The position numbers were made by a program, and so were the translations under genes. From Raillietiella orientalis (Eukaryota), in contig JAYWIR010000041.1 in NCBI GenBank assembly GCA_036172245.1, forward strand, positions 496,001 to 560,000: 64,000 nucleotides of DNA, in the 5' to 3' direction. The notes under the pieces were generated by a model. It was not told the origin of the DNA. It searched no databases and saw nothing but the letters and a program-made list of their open reading frames with translations. Within the stretch, counting starts at the first letter, position 1. The number at the start of each line of letters is the position of its first letter. Of the stretch, positions 36,450-47,699 are shown piece after piece.

Positions 36450-39400
36450 CGCGCGCGCCCAGGGGAAAGCAACTAATAGGCTGGAGAGGTAGTGGAAATC
36501 GCAGGGTACAACCCCATCCCCGTCCTCAAGCGTTTACCCAGCGTCCAAAAATAGAATAAGAAAAACACAAAAAGGTTGACGCATCCATTGCAGGGACGCA
36601 GTCCGACCGTCCTGTCCTTTTCTGCCCTTCCGGTGGATGCCGCCGCACTACAGCCGCCTGCGCGCGTGGGCCGCACCGCCGCTCCCGGCGTCTCGCGGGC
36701 ACGAGGAGGAGGTCAGGTGTCTACTGGGACCCACACCGGCCGGCGGGAGGGAGGATCTTCCTCCGCTCCGTCCCTCTCCCTGAGCAGGGAGTGAGCGAAA
36801 AGGCAGCGGCCTCTGGTGACCCTTGCCGCCAGAGTTGCGCCCCCCTCCGGGGATTCCAAGGCGCGCGGCAGACAGGCACCGGACGGCGCGGCGCCGGTTC
36901 AGGAAAAGCAAGCTACCGGAATGGAGGGAAAGCTCGCGCGTAGCCGCCTCCAGGCGGAAAGAGGCCGGGGGCAAGGAAAGGCGCCGCCGTCGCCGCCTCC
37001 GTGTCCCGGAAGACCACGTACGGGTCGCCCCTCTTCGCGCGTTCAAGATTTTGATTCCTGGAGGTCCAGCGTTCAAGCGCCGCTCCCTGTTCTCGGGACG
37101 CGGATCCAGAAGCTCCCGCGGTGCCGATCAGGGGGAATCTGCCCCGGGTGGCCCCATTCGCTCGCCTGGCAACCATGGAAACGTGCCTCCGTCTGCCTCC
37201 ACTCTGGAGCCTGCCGGAAGAGAGAAGACCCGGAGGGAAGGGCGCATCAACTCCGGAGAGACGGCGCGCGTGCTGCTGCGTCGCCGGCCCTTCCGGTCCC
37301 CCTTGCGGGGAGGAGGGGGCGTGGCGATTCGCGCGCAGGAGATGGAGCGGGCGGTGTACGCGGAGGAATCTCCTCCGTCTCCGCCCCCTCCGGCCGACGT
37401 TCCCACGGAACAGGAAGCTGCAGGCGAGGGAGGATCCCGCTGCCATGGAGACCCCGTTCCAGAATGCGGCTGGAGAACTCGCTCGCTAGCCGCGCGCGCT
37501 CGGCATCCGCACGCGAGCGCGCCCGCGATGATCTCGAGGCTCTGCCACGGAGGCGGCGCGCCTGCTAGAGAAGAGGGGAGCTACCTGCAGCACCTGCCAG
37601 GGGAGTTGTGCCACAGCCGGGAGAAAATCGGCTTCCTCTCCCGGGAGCTTCGGTTTCGGGCCCTGCCCGCCACACGGGAGGGGACGAGGAGCTGCCGGCG
37701 CACGCCGCCCTTCGCTCGTACCGACCGTGCGGGGGTGAGAGGCGGCGGCGTTGCCATGGTTCCCTCCCGCCAGTGGAACGAGAGGGCAAGAGGTTGCAGC
37801 CGGGAATCCATCCGAAGCTCATTTAGAGTCCTCATCATCCACTTTCTCCTCTCTGTTGCGACGGTGCGTGGGGGCAGGACTTCTCTCCAGGAGGCAGAAC
37901 CGGATGATGTGTCCCGGGTTGCCCTGTTCAATTCCCGCTTCGATAGGACAAGCAAGCGCCGGGGCCACTTCGAGGACCTCCTTGGTTTCTTGGCGCTGGA
38001 GGGGGAGCTGATAGGCACTATCCACGTATTCGCCATTCTCTGCTCCCCCCCCTCTCTTTCCTGTATGGGAAGCAACGGCAAGAATCGCCGCGAGCCTCAC
38101 AGGACCGCCGAGGGCTGCGGGGCAACAGCGGCGCTTCCTCGACCTGCCTGGCGCCTCCTCTCCACTGGCGAAGAGCCAGTCCGTGGAGGGCACTCAAGAT
38201 CACCAGAGAGGCGGAAGATCGCTCTTGCCGTGGCATCCCTTAGCCACGTCGGGCAATGTCCGGCACCATCGGGTGGCCTCCTCCCCTGGGACTTCACGCC
38301 ATTTAGGAATGTCCCCGCTCTCGGAGCCTTAGGAGAGCCACGGAACGGGTTCAGGAAGGAAGATGCTCCAGAATCTTGGAGGGAGTTGTCTCTCCTTCTC
38401 ATCGGCTCCGGCGAGTGCGCTCCAGGGTTCGGTTTCCGTGGAGACCGGAAACGGGGAAAACGAGAATGCGCTCAGAGGACTTGAACTCCCCTCGCAGAGG
38501 CGCGAAACGCGACAGGCGTGGTAACTCACGCCTCCCGCACGGGAGGGACATTGGCAGGAGCATCTTTGCTCCTACTTTCCTCAGGCCTTCTGGGATGCCG
38601 CTGGCGTGCTTTCAGGAAGGCAGCACGCATGGGGAGCGAGCCTATTCCTGGGCACAGGTTGAATCGCCACAGTGACCTCGTGGCGGGAGTCCCTTGGTTG
38701 CCTGCCGGGATCTCCCGTTTCCCATGCGCTGTCGCCCTGTTTGCCCTGTGGTAGCACACTCTCGATGACCTTATCCACGCAAAAAGTAGAGAGGCTTTTG
38801 GGGCTCTTCGAGGGTTTCGGGGTGCGCTACGAGGTGGTCCCCTTTTCACCCCTTCTTTCGATCGGGCTGAAGCAGAAGCTGAGCAGCTCCTCCGGCGCGA
38901 GCGTCGTCGTCAGGGTAACCCGCCAGCGACCTCTTGCGCGCGTCGGTGACTGGCATGGGGGGGACATTCACTAAGGTCACCGAGAAGGACGACCGTCGGC
39001 GTGGAGCGCCGCACGATGTTGCTAGGAAGCTCCGTCCTTGACGACGTGAGGGCATCTGTTCCTGGCTCTCCCTTCTTGCAGCCGGTCCATTTTCCGCCGT
39101 GAGGAAGAACCGTTGCCATCACAACCCTCGAAAGACCTGTGGCTACGCCTCCCGCTTCATCGCCGGCTCCCGGTGGTTGGGGCCGTGCCAGGGCGGAGCG
39201 GATTGTCCGCAGAGTGCTTTCCACCACGGGATTCCACTCCCGATAGACGCAAAGGAACACGGCAGCGGTGAATCCAGTTCGGATGTCTCACGTGGGCAGC
39301 ATGCGGGGGAGGGGAAACGTCCAGGGCGGAAAATGCGTTTTCCAGGTGGAGGAGGCACTGTCCGCCTTCGGCTAGGACACTCGTCCCCTGGGGACCCAGG

Positions 39401-39800
39401 AAACTGTCTCCCTCAGAGTGGAAAAGTCGCGCCACCCGAGCGCGGCAGATGGGCGAAGGACGAAGGAAAAGGAGTCTTGTCCTCCGTCATAAACGACAAG
39501 TTCCGCTCCGGCCAGCGCAACCTCCTGGACCGCCGAGCTTATGCTGAGGGGAATTTTGCACATCGCGAGGATCCCCTATTGCTCGCCGAGGAATGGACCC
39601 TCCACTTCCTCCCGTGAGGGAGAATGGGACACACGCAAAGCAGGAAACGAAGCGGGAAACGCTCGGCATATCCATCCGCCAAATAGGTGCTGGGTCCCTC
39701 GACATCCCTCTTCTTTCCCTTAGAAAAAAGAAAAAAAAAAAGGGCCGAATTCGGACCGAAAATTCCACCGACCTTCTCCTCCGCTCGCCGTCCTCCGGGA
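36450..39800 (-). mobile_element. Long degenerate LINE (family B): RT, C-terminus and T-rich 3' UTR
   Basis: In order: LLPIQE..NTWIVPISS..K (RPISL), AGAAGSSPLL (QGxPLSPLL), SRADA (YADD position), RHLTSSSCPR, then a T-rich UTR at ~36550-36575. Confidence 0.7.
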
Positions 39801-39949
39801 TGGCGGCAGGCCTTCCACTTTCACTCCTTCGGTTAAAAATTAATACTTAAATATAAATCCAAAAATTTCATTTCAGATTAATGAAATATTAATACTAATT
39901 TAACTTTTACGTTTAACCGCTACTGCTGGCACGCATATTAGCAAAATTC

Positions 39950-41200
39950 TGCGGACACCTCCCGTGGTGCACGGGGAGTGCATGGCAGACCCTTGGAATG
40001 GAAGGGGACGTGGAGGCGCAGGCGTCACGGAGAAAACCGAGGTCGGCAGGAGGCCGAGTCCACGGGAATGGAGATGGACGTCTTCTCAGCCCCCGCGCGC
40101 TCATCGCGCCTGCAGCGATCGGGGCGGAAGGACGAGACGTTGACGTTTCCTGAGCCGCCCCCACCTCGGCTCCAAGGCGAAAGGCGACCGTGGTGCGCGC
40201 CAGCATCCGGCACAGCTGCTGCGGTGCTCCAGGTCCATGGCAGGGCTTCTAGCTGCGTTTCCGGTCGCTGCTTAGCCAAATGGAGAAGAATCCTTCGTGA
40301 TGCACGTGCCAGATTGGGTGGGCCCCGTCTGTTCCTGGGCAAAGGCTCTGCGCTTGCCCCGGACCACCCTGCGCTCCGGGGCAAGCGCAGAGCCACCTCC
40401 ACCCCACTCGGCGCTGCGGCAGCGTCGCGAGAGCTCAGGACGCTGGCTCTTCCGTCAGCCGACGGAGGAGCGCAGGTGGAGACGAATGTGGGGACGAGGC
40501 GCTCGGAAACCCCACGGCCTCTGGAGGTGACCAGGGGAGTTGCAGTCGGAGACGGCTGGAGGAGAGTCGCCTGCTGGAGCTCCACGGTGGGGACACCCGC
40601 CCGACCCGACTCGTGGCCTCTGGCGCTCGTGCAGAGGGCGGCGCGAGCCAGCATGTGTCGTCTGACCGGCTCGGACGCCCTCGCTGGGTCGAGGAAGCGG
40701 AGATGCCGCGGGAAAGAGTCATCCCGTCGGGTGCTCTCACGTGGATCGCCAAGAGCAGCGATGTTTTGGAAAAGCTGGGAACTCCCAGAACCCCCACGCC
40801 AGGCATGTCGTCGGGATGGTAGTGCAGTCGTGGGGGCCGGGGTCTGGCTGGGACGCCCTCGCTGCGGGCGACCGAGCAAGCGCGCCTGCGCAGTCGAGCC
40901 GGCCGCGAGGCAGGGCCGGCGGCGGCATTGTTGCAGCGAGCGCGCTCGGCCGACGCTTCGAGCCTGCGGGGAAAGGTTGCGAGTTCGAAACCCGCCAGTC
41001 GCTTGCGCCCTCGCCTCGACTGGGAGTAGCCTCCGCCACTCGTCGACAGAGGGTGAACCTGCATGGGTCGAGGAAGGATTCCCAGCCGGTTCGGTGCGCT
41101 CAGCCACAAAAATTGCAGACCGTTGCGGTGCTGCGTGCCAAATCCACACGAGTTCGCTGCCTCAGCCTGCTCGGTTGAGCCACATACGCCTTTGATGGCT
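39950..41200 (-). mobile_element. Probable LINE 5'/ORF1 region
   Basis: Very GC-rich block with open frames on both strands, resembling in composition the 5' parts at 26000-27150 and 62060-63000. There is no diagnostic motif. Confidence 0.3.
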
Positions 41201-41299
41201 TTTTCTGGCTTTATGTAGCTTTTGCAGAACACGCACGTGGTGGTGGTCGGGTTGTGGTCCACAGGAGGGAGTATAGGGCTGCCGATTCCTAAGCTCCAA

Positions 41300-42450
41300 G
41301 GGTGCTCGAGGCAGCAGCATGGGTCAGCGCGTAGTCCAGAGTCTGCAGGGCTCACATTGACTCATGTCGACATGAAATTGTCTTCCGACGGAGGAGCAGA
41401 GGAGGAACTTCAGAGAGGCACAGCTACCTCCCTTTTCGCTACCTCCCGTTCGTCGTCTTTCACAGAGCGCATGCGTGTTTCTCCTCCACGACGAGAAGAT
41501 ACATGAATGAGGTGGTTCGCAGCGCAGAACGAGATTTGTTGTTTTGCTTGCATCTTCATGCAAAGGATGTCCTCATGACGGACGGCGCTTCTCTTCGTCT
41601 CGTTCCTCCGTTTCTGGGCAATGCGGGCTCCTACCCGGATCCAACATGGCTGCTTGTCGGGAGCCTTCCGGTTATGATGCTAGCAAAAAACTCTCGTAGG
41701 GCATGATCCGTTAAGGAAGCCAGAATTCTTTGTTCGGTAGGAGGAGCTTCAGGAAAAAATTCAAAGACGTTGGCGACTCCAAGGTTCCGAAAGTCCAGTT
41801 TGCTCTTTGGAGAAGGAATTTTCTTCCAATGGATTTCTGCTTGGGCGCGCGACGGCGTTTCGCTTGCTGCATATGCCTTGAGATTGCCTCCTCGATCTCC
41901 TCCGCTTTTTTGTCCCGTTGGAGGCCGGAAAAGAACAGGAGCGAAGCACTCAGGCGTGATGCTGCCGCAGCAAAGCTCACCTAAGAAAGTGGGGAACCGC
42001 TTTTGCTGAACCCGGTGGGGGGAAAACGCGTGTTTGCTACCCCTAAGGGTGCGTAGGAGAGTGGAGAAGTCTGTCCTTTCCCAAGCATGCGCGCATGCAC
42101 TCCCTGAACCTGTTTTCTGAAAGAGGATGTGTCTCCCGGTCCTGAGCTTGAGAATTCCGCCAATCCAACTCGCTCTTCCTCCGCAAGCCGACCAGCTCCA
42201 GCTCCCCGATGGTCACGCGTTCTCGCTTCCGTCCATGCGGCCGTTTCGCCCTTATCGGAAAATGGGAAGAGACGACGTCCCTCGAGAAACTCCCTCGCAG
42301 AAATCTCCATAGCAGGAAGCGTTGGATCCTTGTCTGCTGCTGGATGGACGGCAACTAAGCACGCTTGGTCTCAAATCTGAGCTTTGAGAGGTTGTGAGCA
42401 ACGGGCACGGAGGCGTGCGAACCAGCTGCTGCAGTTCCACCTCATCACGC
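41300..42450 (-). mobile_element. LINE ORF2 remnant (APE C-terminal half + linker)
   Basis: AREFLEGRRLF..KGETAAWTE (EFL..L.D....TW), followed by HALREFFASII (EFYxxLY-like). Confidence 0.5.
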
Positions 42451-42587
42451 ATTCCTCACTCGAAGCGGCGGAACTCCAACGCTTTTGGATCTAAAAAAAA
42501 AAAAAAAGTGAAAACAAACAAACAAACACAAATGATTCATCAAAGATGAAAGGCGACATTGATCCATTATTAATGGATTAAAATGGA

Positions 42588-43362
42588 CCGAGACGGCGGC
42601 AGCCGTGTTCTGCAGTCTCCGCTCGTGGTGCCAAGCATCGCGGGTTCGAATCCGCACGTTGAGGATCGACGCCAGAGAAATGAGCGTGTCGCGTGTTTGT
42701 ATCCCCTCCCCCCCCGCAAGATGACTCTGGCTGGTTTGTAGGCTTCAGGTGCGGCACTAGCAGAAGCTGGAAACCGGATGCGTAGGATGATTGACTAGAA
42801 GTGGAATGTGAACCCCCGGGGTCCGTCAGGGGTCCAGGAGCCCTTCGTAATTCCCCTCCGGTTGTGCAAATGGAGCTATGACATTTAGCTGATTGATGAC
42901 TCCCTTCTCGCCCTCTGGGGGTTACCTCCAGAGTGTAAGTAAGCTCTCTGCTCCCTCCGGGAAAGCTTCCTAAGGAGAGAAATTAGGAAGCCTCCCTTCG
43001 GTGTTCTCTTCAGAAGGGGTAAGAAGGAGGGGATCCTGTCCAGGGGGTCCTTCCGAAGAAAAATTCCGGGAGCAGATGCATTGCGGATTCCCTTTGGAGA
43101 AGTGATAAGGAGTTTCCCCCTCCGGGGGTCCCTCCGGAAAGAACAAGGAAGAGATGGTTGCCTTCGGGTTCCCTCCGAAACGTGAGAGGAACGGACTCCT
43201 TCCTCCGGATTCAGGGTGGTTCCTCCGGGGTCATCTTCTGGATCTGTAGAATCACACGCACTTTCGGGTGGCGTAGGCAGCGTTGAATAGTTTCGAGAAT
43301 CCTCTCTGAGGAGGCGAAAGGTTCTTCGGCACTTGGCGAGCCAAAAAAAAGCAAAAAAAAAA
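42588..43362 (+). mobile_element. SINE-like element copy 4 (full length)
   Basis: Perfect B-box GGTTCGAATCC at 42643-42653 and the shared body. It ends GGTTCTTCGGCACTTGGCGAGCCA + A-rich tail. Confidence 0.9.
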
Positions 43363-43699
43363 TCCATTGTGTACGCAGTATTTTTTCACGATGGCCGAGT
43401 CAAATGGGATTGAAATCAATCTATACGTATGCCTATATATGTAGAAGCATATGATATACTTCTTCTATTAGAAAATAATCATCAAAAAGCAGCCAATTGG
43501 GAGGTCATGCAGTCGCCTCCTCTTCCCCTTTTGCAAGAGTCCGAAGCGCCTCGTCATGGTTTCTGGATTTCAAACAGACCAATTAACCATCACCGAACAA
43601 CTCAGCCGGAACTCTTGTCACGGACTCACCTTACCCATCGCTGCTTCTGTGTTGTGGCAAAAAGCCAAGCTGACACTGCCGGTACGGAGGAAACTTTCT

Positions 43700-45250
43700 C
43701 GCCATGCAAGAACATGGCTCTGTTTCACGCCGAACTTTCAAGGGAGCCTTCCCGCATGCTATCGGGCTGACGTCTCTTTCGCCAGATCAGCTTGGGAAGC
43801 GCGCACATGTACAGCTCTCATGGTATGCTAAGCGTCACGTACAACTCGCATGCGCGTTCATTACCCATCGTACGCACCCCCTCCTCCCCCAAAGCAGAAG
43901 AAACGGCAGAAGCCTCGCTTAGAAGGGAGGAATCACTAGGGCGATCGGGCAGTTGGTTTCGAAGCTTTGAAGGAGGTTAAAGGAAAGCCGAACCTGCATG
44001 TTAATGAGGGTGGGGATTCATCCGTTCCTGGTGGTCAGGAGAAACCTCCAAGATCCTGCCGGATATCACCTTTACGAAAGAGGAGCTATGAGCAGTTTTC
44101 GTCGACCAAAGGAAAGAGTTTCATGCGAATAAAACCGGCGCCCGAACGTGACATATACGCGAACTCGGAGAAACAGAGCTTATTGCCAGAGGGGTCTATC
44201 GAGGCTCAAGGGTTCATTGCCAGAGGGTTTTCGGAGTTGTGATCCGAAAAGGATCAGAAGCATCCGAAAGCTCCGAAGGCAAGATGCAGAAATTCTAAGT
44301 CAGGAGATGTTTCGAAAAATTCATCCGTGAACCGGCGGTCTCCACTCTGCAAAATGGCAAATGATTTTAAATCCCGGATGACGTGGATGTGGTCCACGGG
44401 AATAGGCAGTAGGGAAACCTGTAGAAATTCTTGCTGTAGATGGCGTAGTCGTGCTCTCATCACGTTAGATGAAGGCGAGCTGCTCCCTAATCCCACCTAC
44501 GCGCTCCAAGGACGACACTTTGCATGCTATAGCAGGACGGTAATCGAGAGTAGGGAAGGTCACCAGAGGGAAGAATGCAGAAGGACTCCTATCGGCTCTT
44601 ACAAGACAGGTGCGAGCCCACCATCACTTGTCCAAGCAGCATTCCGCTCAGCTTAGAGGTCTCGAATCTTGGCGATACGGGAGATGCACAAGGCTTTTCG
44701 TAAACGCAGCAAACCCGAAGGTGACTTCGATATGCTCTGAACCAGCAGCTGGGACCTTAAGGCCAGGTTGCGTACTGCAGCGCGTCTGAGAGTGGTCCAA
44801 GAGGGATGCCCGACTTTGCCTGAGCAGTTGCATGGGGGAGGGGGGGGGAGGGAGAGAACCTTAACCCATATCGCAGATTCTTCGCTTCCCTCGTGCGCTG
44901 TGCCGCCAGGCTGTCTCAGTCAAAGGTTCCTTGCTTTTTCTGAGGAGGGTGAGCAGCAGCGATGGGGAAGCCGCTGCTAAGATTCGTGCTGGAGGAGTCT
45001 TTACAGACGGACAAGATGGAACGAAAGCAACGTATTCCGCAATCTTCGGCATCGATTTTCGTGTCGAGTTGCTTCCTGGTGGCATTTGACCTCTGGGCAC
45101 TTCCGCAAAATCCTCAAAGACTTGGAAAAGACTTTGCAAACGAAGGAAGCGGACGTGCTGGAGGCGCGGTCGCGTATCGCGCAGGACATGCGTCGACCTG
45201 GCAGCTGCTACAAGCGTGAAGATTGATCGAGCAGCAAGGTGTTGAGTAAA
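43700..45250 (+). mobile_element. LINE RT remnant
   Basis: AVFVDQRKEFHA (LDxxKAFD), GFRSCDP (GVRQGDP) and IPDDVDVV (YADD) appear in the correct order across frameshifts, ~44090-44395. Confidence 0.65.
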
Positions 45251-45354
45251 GGAAAAGAGCAAAAAAAGGGGAGGCACGTCGGAGTCACCTCTTCCAAGCG
45301 CGAACCTTCAAGAAACCTCAAATGAATCCACACATCGCATCGGCTGCAGTGCCC

Positions 45355-47303
45355 CCTTTGGATGGGGGTGTGAGTGACAGTAAAAGGGATGAAGACGGCA
45401 GTTTCCACACTCTTCTCTGAATGCAAGGGGGAGATAGGGGGCCTAGAGAGTACCTGGCAAATCAGTGCTGAGTAGATCCTCAAATCCACACTTTTACGGA
45501 CACCAAAGGCAGCAATGGTTCTTCTTTGATCAATGAGATCCTCCCTGGTATCCAAGCTGCCTTTCGAATGAGAATTCCCCATTATACCCCGAGCCTGAGC
45601 TCCAGCGTTGCCTTACTCACAGGTCACATTCAATCCATATGTGCTGATTCTGTGTCTGTATCAATCTCATACGAAATTTTCATTGATCTTGCATGAATAC
45701 GTGGATGGTGCATGGTTAATGAAAATGTTGCCCTGATGCGCACGATTTGTCTACGTAATGATGCATACAGTAATAGTAAAGAGTGCGTGTAATAATCATC
45801 TGTTAATTGCATGTTGATCCAATGCATAACAGCTTACGACCTGAGTCCTAGAAGCACGGAATATTGTCCCCAGAAGATCATCTGACACACAGGAGAAGAA
45901 AGGGTTAATGGTCGCTTTTCCCTAGTCCATCTTCGAGAGCACGCGGCAGCGGATGACTGCGTCCGGGAAGCTTCGAGTCGCCGCAGGAGGCGCCAACGCT
46001 CCGTGTCAGAGCCCAGTGCCTGGGCGTCGCCTCCTCTCCGCGCTCTCCGCTGGAGCCTTCGCGTCCCGATGGTTTCCGGCTGGCATCTTCTATTCCGGAA
46101 GTCTCTTCTCGGAGGAAGGTTCCCCTCCCCCCCTTTCCCCACTGCTGCTAAGGTGACCTTCGGAGTCAGCAGAAGGGACGCCATCGATCGGCTGCACGAG
46201 CACGAAGTTGCGTGATGCGAGTTTTGGAAAAGAACGCCGAAACCAACATGCATTCGCGAGCACACGGGATGGAAAATAGGGGGAAGGCTGGAACTTTTCT
46301 TTTTTTTCGTTCCCCCTCGCATCCACGTTCGGGCTCGAATTTCTTCAGCTCCACATCCAGAGGGCTGCGCCAATCCACGGTGTGGTTTTCTGCCTGATTT
46401 TTTCTGCTGTGCCCCTTTCTTTTCTCGAACCTCTTTCGATCGCAGCGGGGAAGGCAGTCCGGCTGGCTGGCCAGAGGGGTTGCGCGGTCATATCGGCGAG
46501 ACTTTCCGGAGCTGCGACACTGGCGGGGGAGGGGGAGATTCACCTCCTGGTCGCGCGACGACCCTGCTCCGGGCTTCACAGCACGACCTGCCCGAGATTC
46601 CGTACGCGCCGATATAAATAGAACTCGCCAGCTCTCCCGGCAGCACCATTTCTCCTCTGTGCCTCTCCTGACCAGTTGCTCTTTCTGCGAGCGCCCAATC
46701 ACACGGACGTCAATAAAAATGGTCTCTTTCCGCTCCGGGAACCGGCAGAGTAAATGGCGGAAGCCATTCGAAACACGATCCGGCAATTGGTCCGGGTCGT
46801 GTGTTTCCCGCAGAGTGTATACGAAGAGCGAAAGACGGAAAGAAATCGACGAAAGCTGGCGGCTGCACGAATACCAGCTTAGCGAACGCGCCGAGCCGTG
46901 GTGGTGGTCCCTCGCGACCCTAGACTTTCTTAGCATGGAGCTTGGTGTGACCGAAGAGCATGGGCGGCGGGGAAAATGCTCACCCCTGCCACCCGTGTCG
47001 CCTTCTTCGAGACGTTCTTGTCGGGAGAGAGAAAGGCGTGTTTTTTTTTCTTTTTTCGCATCCGTCCCCAGCCTCAGCAATCTGCTTCGCCAGGATGCAG
47101 CCGAAAGTCGATCTTATTTTCCCAATTCGTGGTTGCCTTTCTAAGACTTTAGTTGTCTGAAGATTTTTCCATTCGAGGTTTTCTTATTGGCGGTATGTCA
47201 TGTGATCCCAACATATTCCCACCCATTTAGGGACCTCCTTTGGATGGGGGGATGAGTGACAATAAAAGAAATGAAGACGGCAGTTTCCACACTCTTCTCT
47301 GAA
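45355..47303. repeat. ~67-bp dispersed direct repeat
   Basis: 45355-45421 and 47237-47303 share CCTTTGGATGGGGG..TGAGTGACA..ATGAAGACGGCAGTTTCCACACTCTTCTCTGAA. Confidence 0.9.
45900..47050 (-). mobile_element. LINE APE endonuclease remnant
   Basis: ORF 46166-47080 has FVYTLRETH (QETH), SNGFRHLL (GVAIL), IGRS (DGR) and VLFISA (NVYAP position). Confidence 0.6.
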
Positions 47304-47699
47304 CGTGTGGGGAGGGAGGAGAGTTGACTGCTCTTTCGCGCCTCTGCAACCTCAAACTTACGAATATCCTATTCATCTTCCACTTGAAATCTCCTCGTCT
47401 TCTCCTTTAAGTATGCATGCGATTCACTTCCTTCATCGTGAGCATCCGTCTTCTCTGCTGCCGCGAAAGCCTCGTTGTCATAAGGATTACAGAAAGGGGT
47501 TCAGACCATTACAAGCATCTTTTAAATAGCTACAGTTTTCATGACGGTAACTCACCTCACTTAAGAAAACCCCACTGAATTTGCTCCAGCAAATGAAGTG
47601 GGGCCAAGGTCAAAGCATTCTGAATGTGCCGGCATTAAGAAATAGAAATCAACTACTTGTACTCTGATCACAATGATCGGAAATATGAAAGATATTTCT

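Noticed and set aside
36823..38484. Longest ORF (553 aa, + strand)
   Set aside because: It is an Arg/Pro/Gly-rich antisense shadow of the GC-rich minus-strand LINE; the RT motifs are on the other strand.
39978..41195. 405-aa and 374-aa overlapping ORFs
   Set aside because: They are open on both strands because of high GC content, and no domain is recognisable.
42590..42660. tRNA genes at B-box matches
   Set aside because: There is no acceptor-stem pairing or anticodon arm, and each match is fused to the repeated body, so these are SINE heads.
43306..43319. CTGAGGAGGCGAAA minimal hammerhead-like motif in the SINE tail
   Set aside because: There is no room for a stem II loop, and the motif is not conserved in copies 1 and 5.
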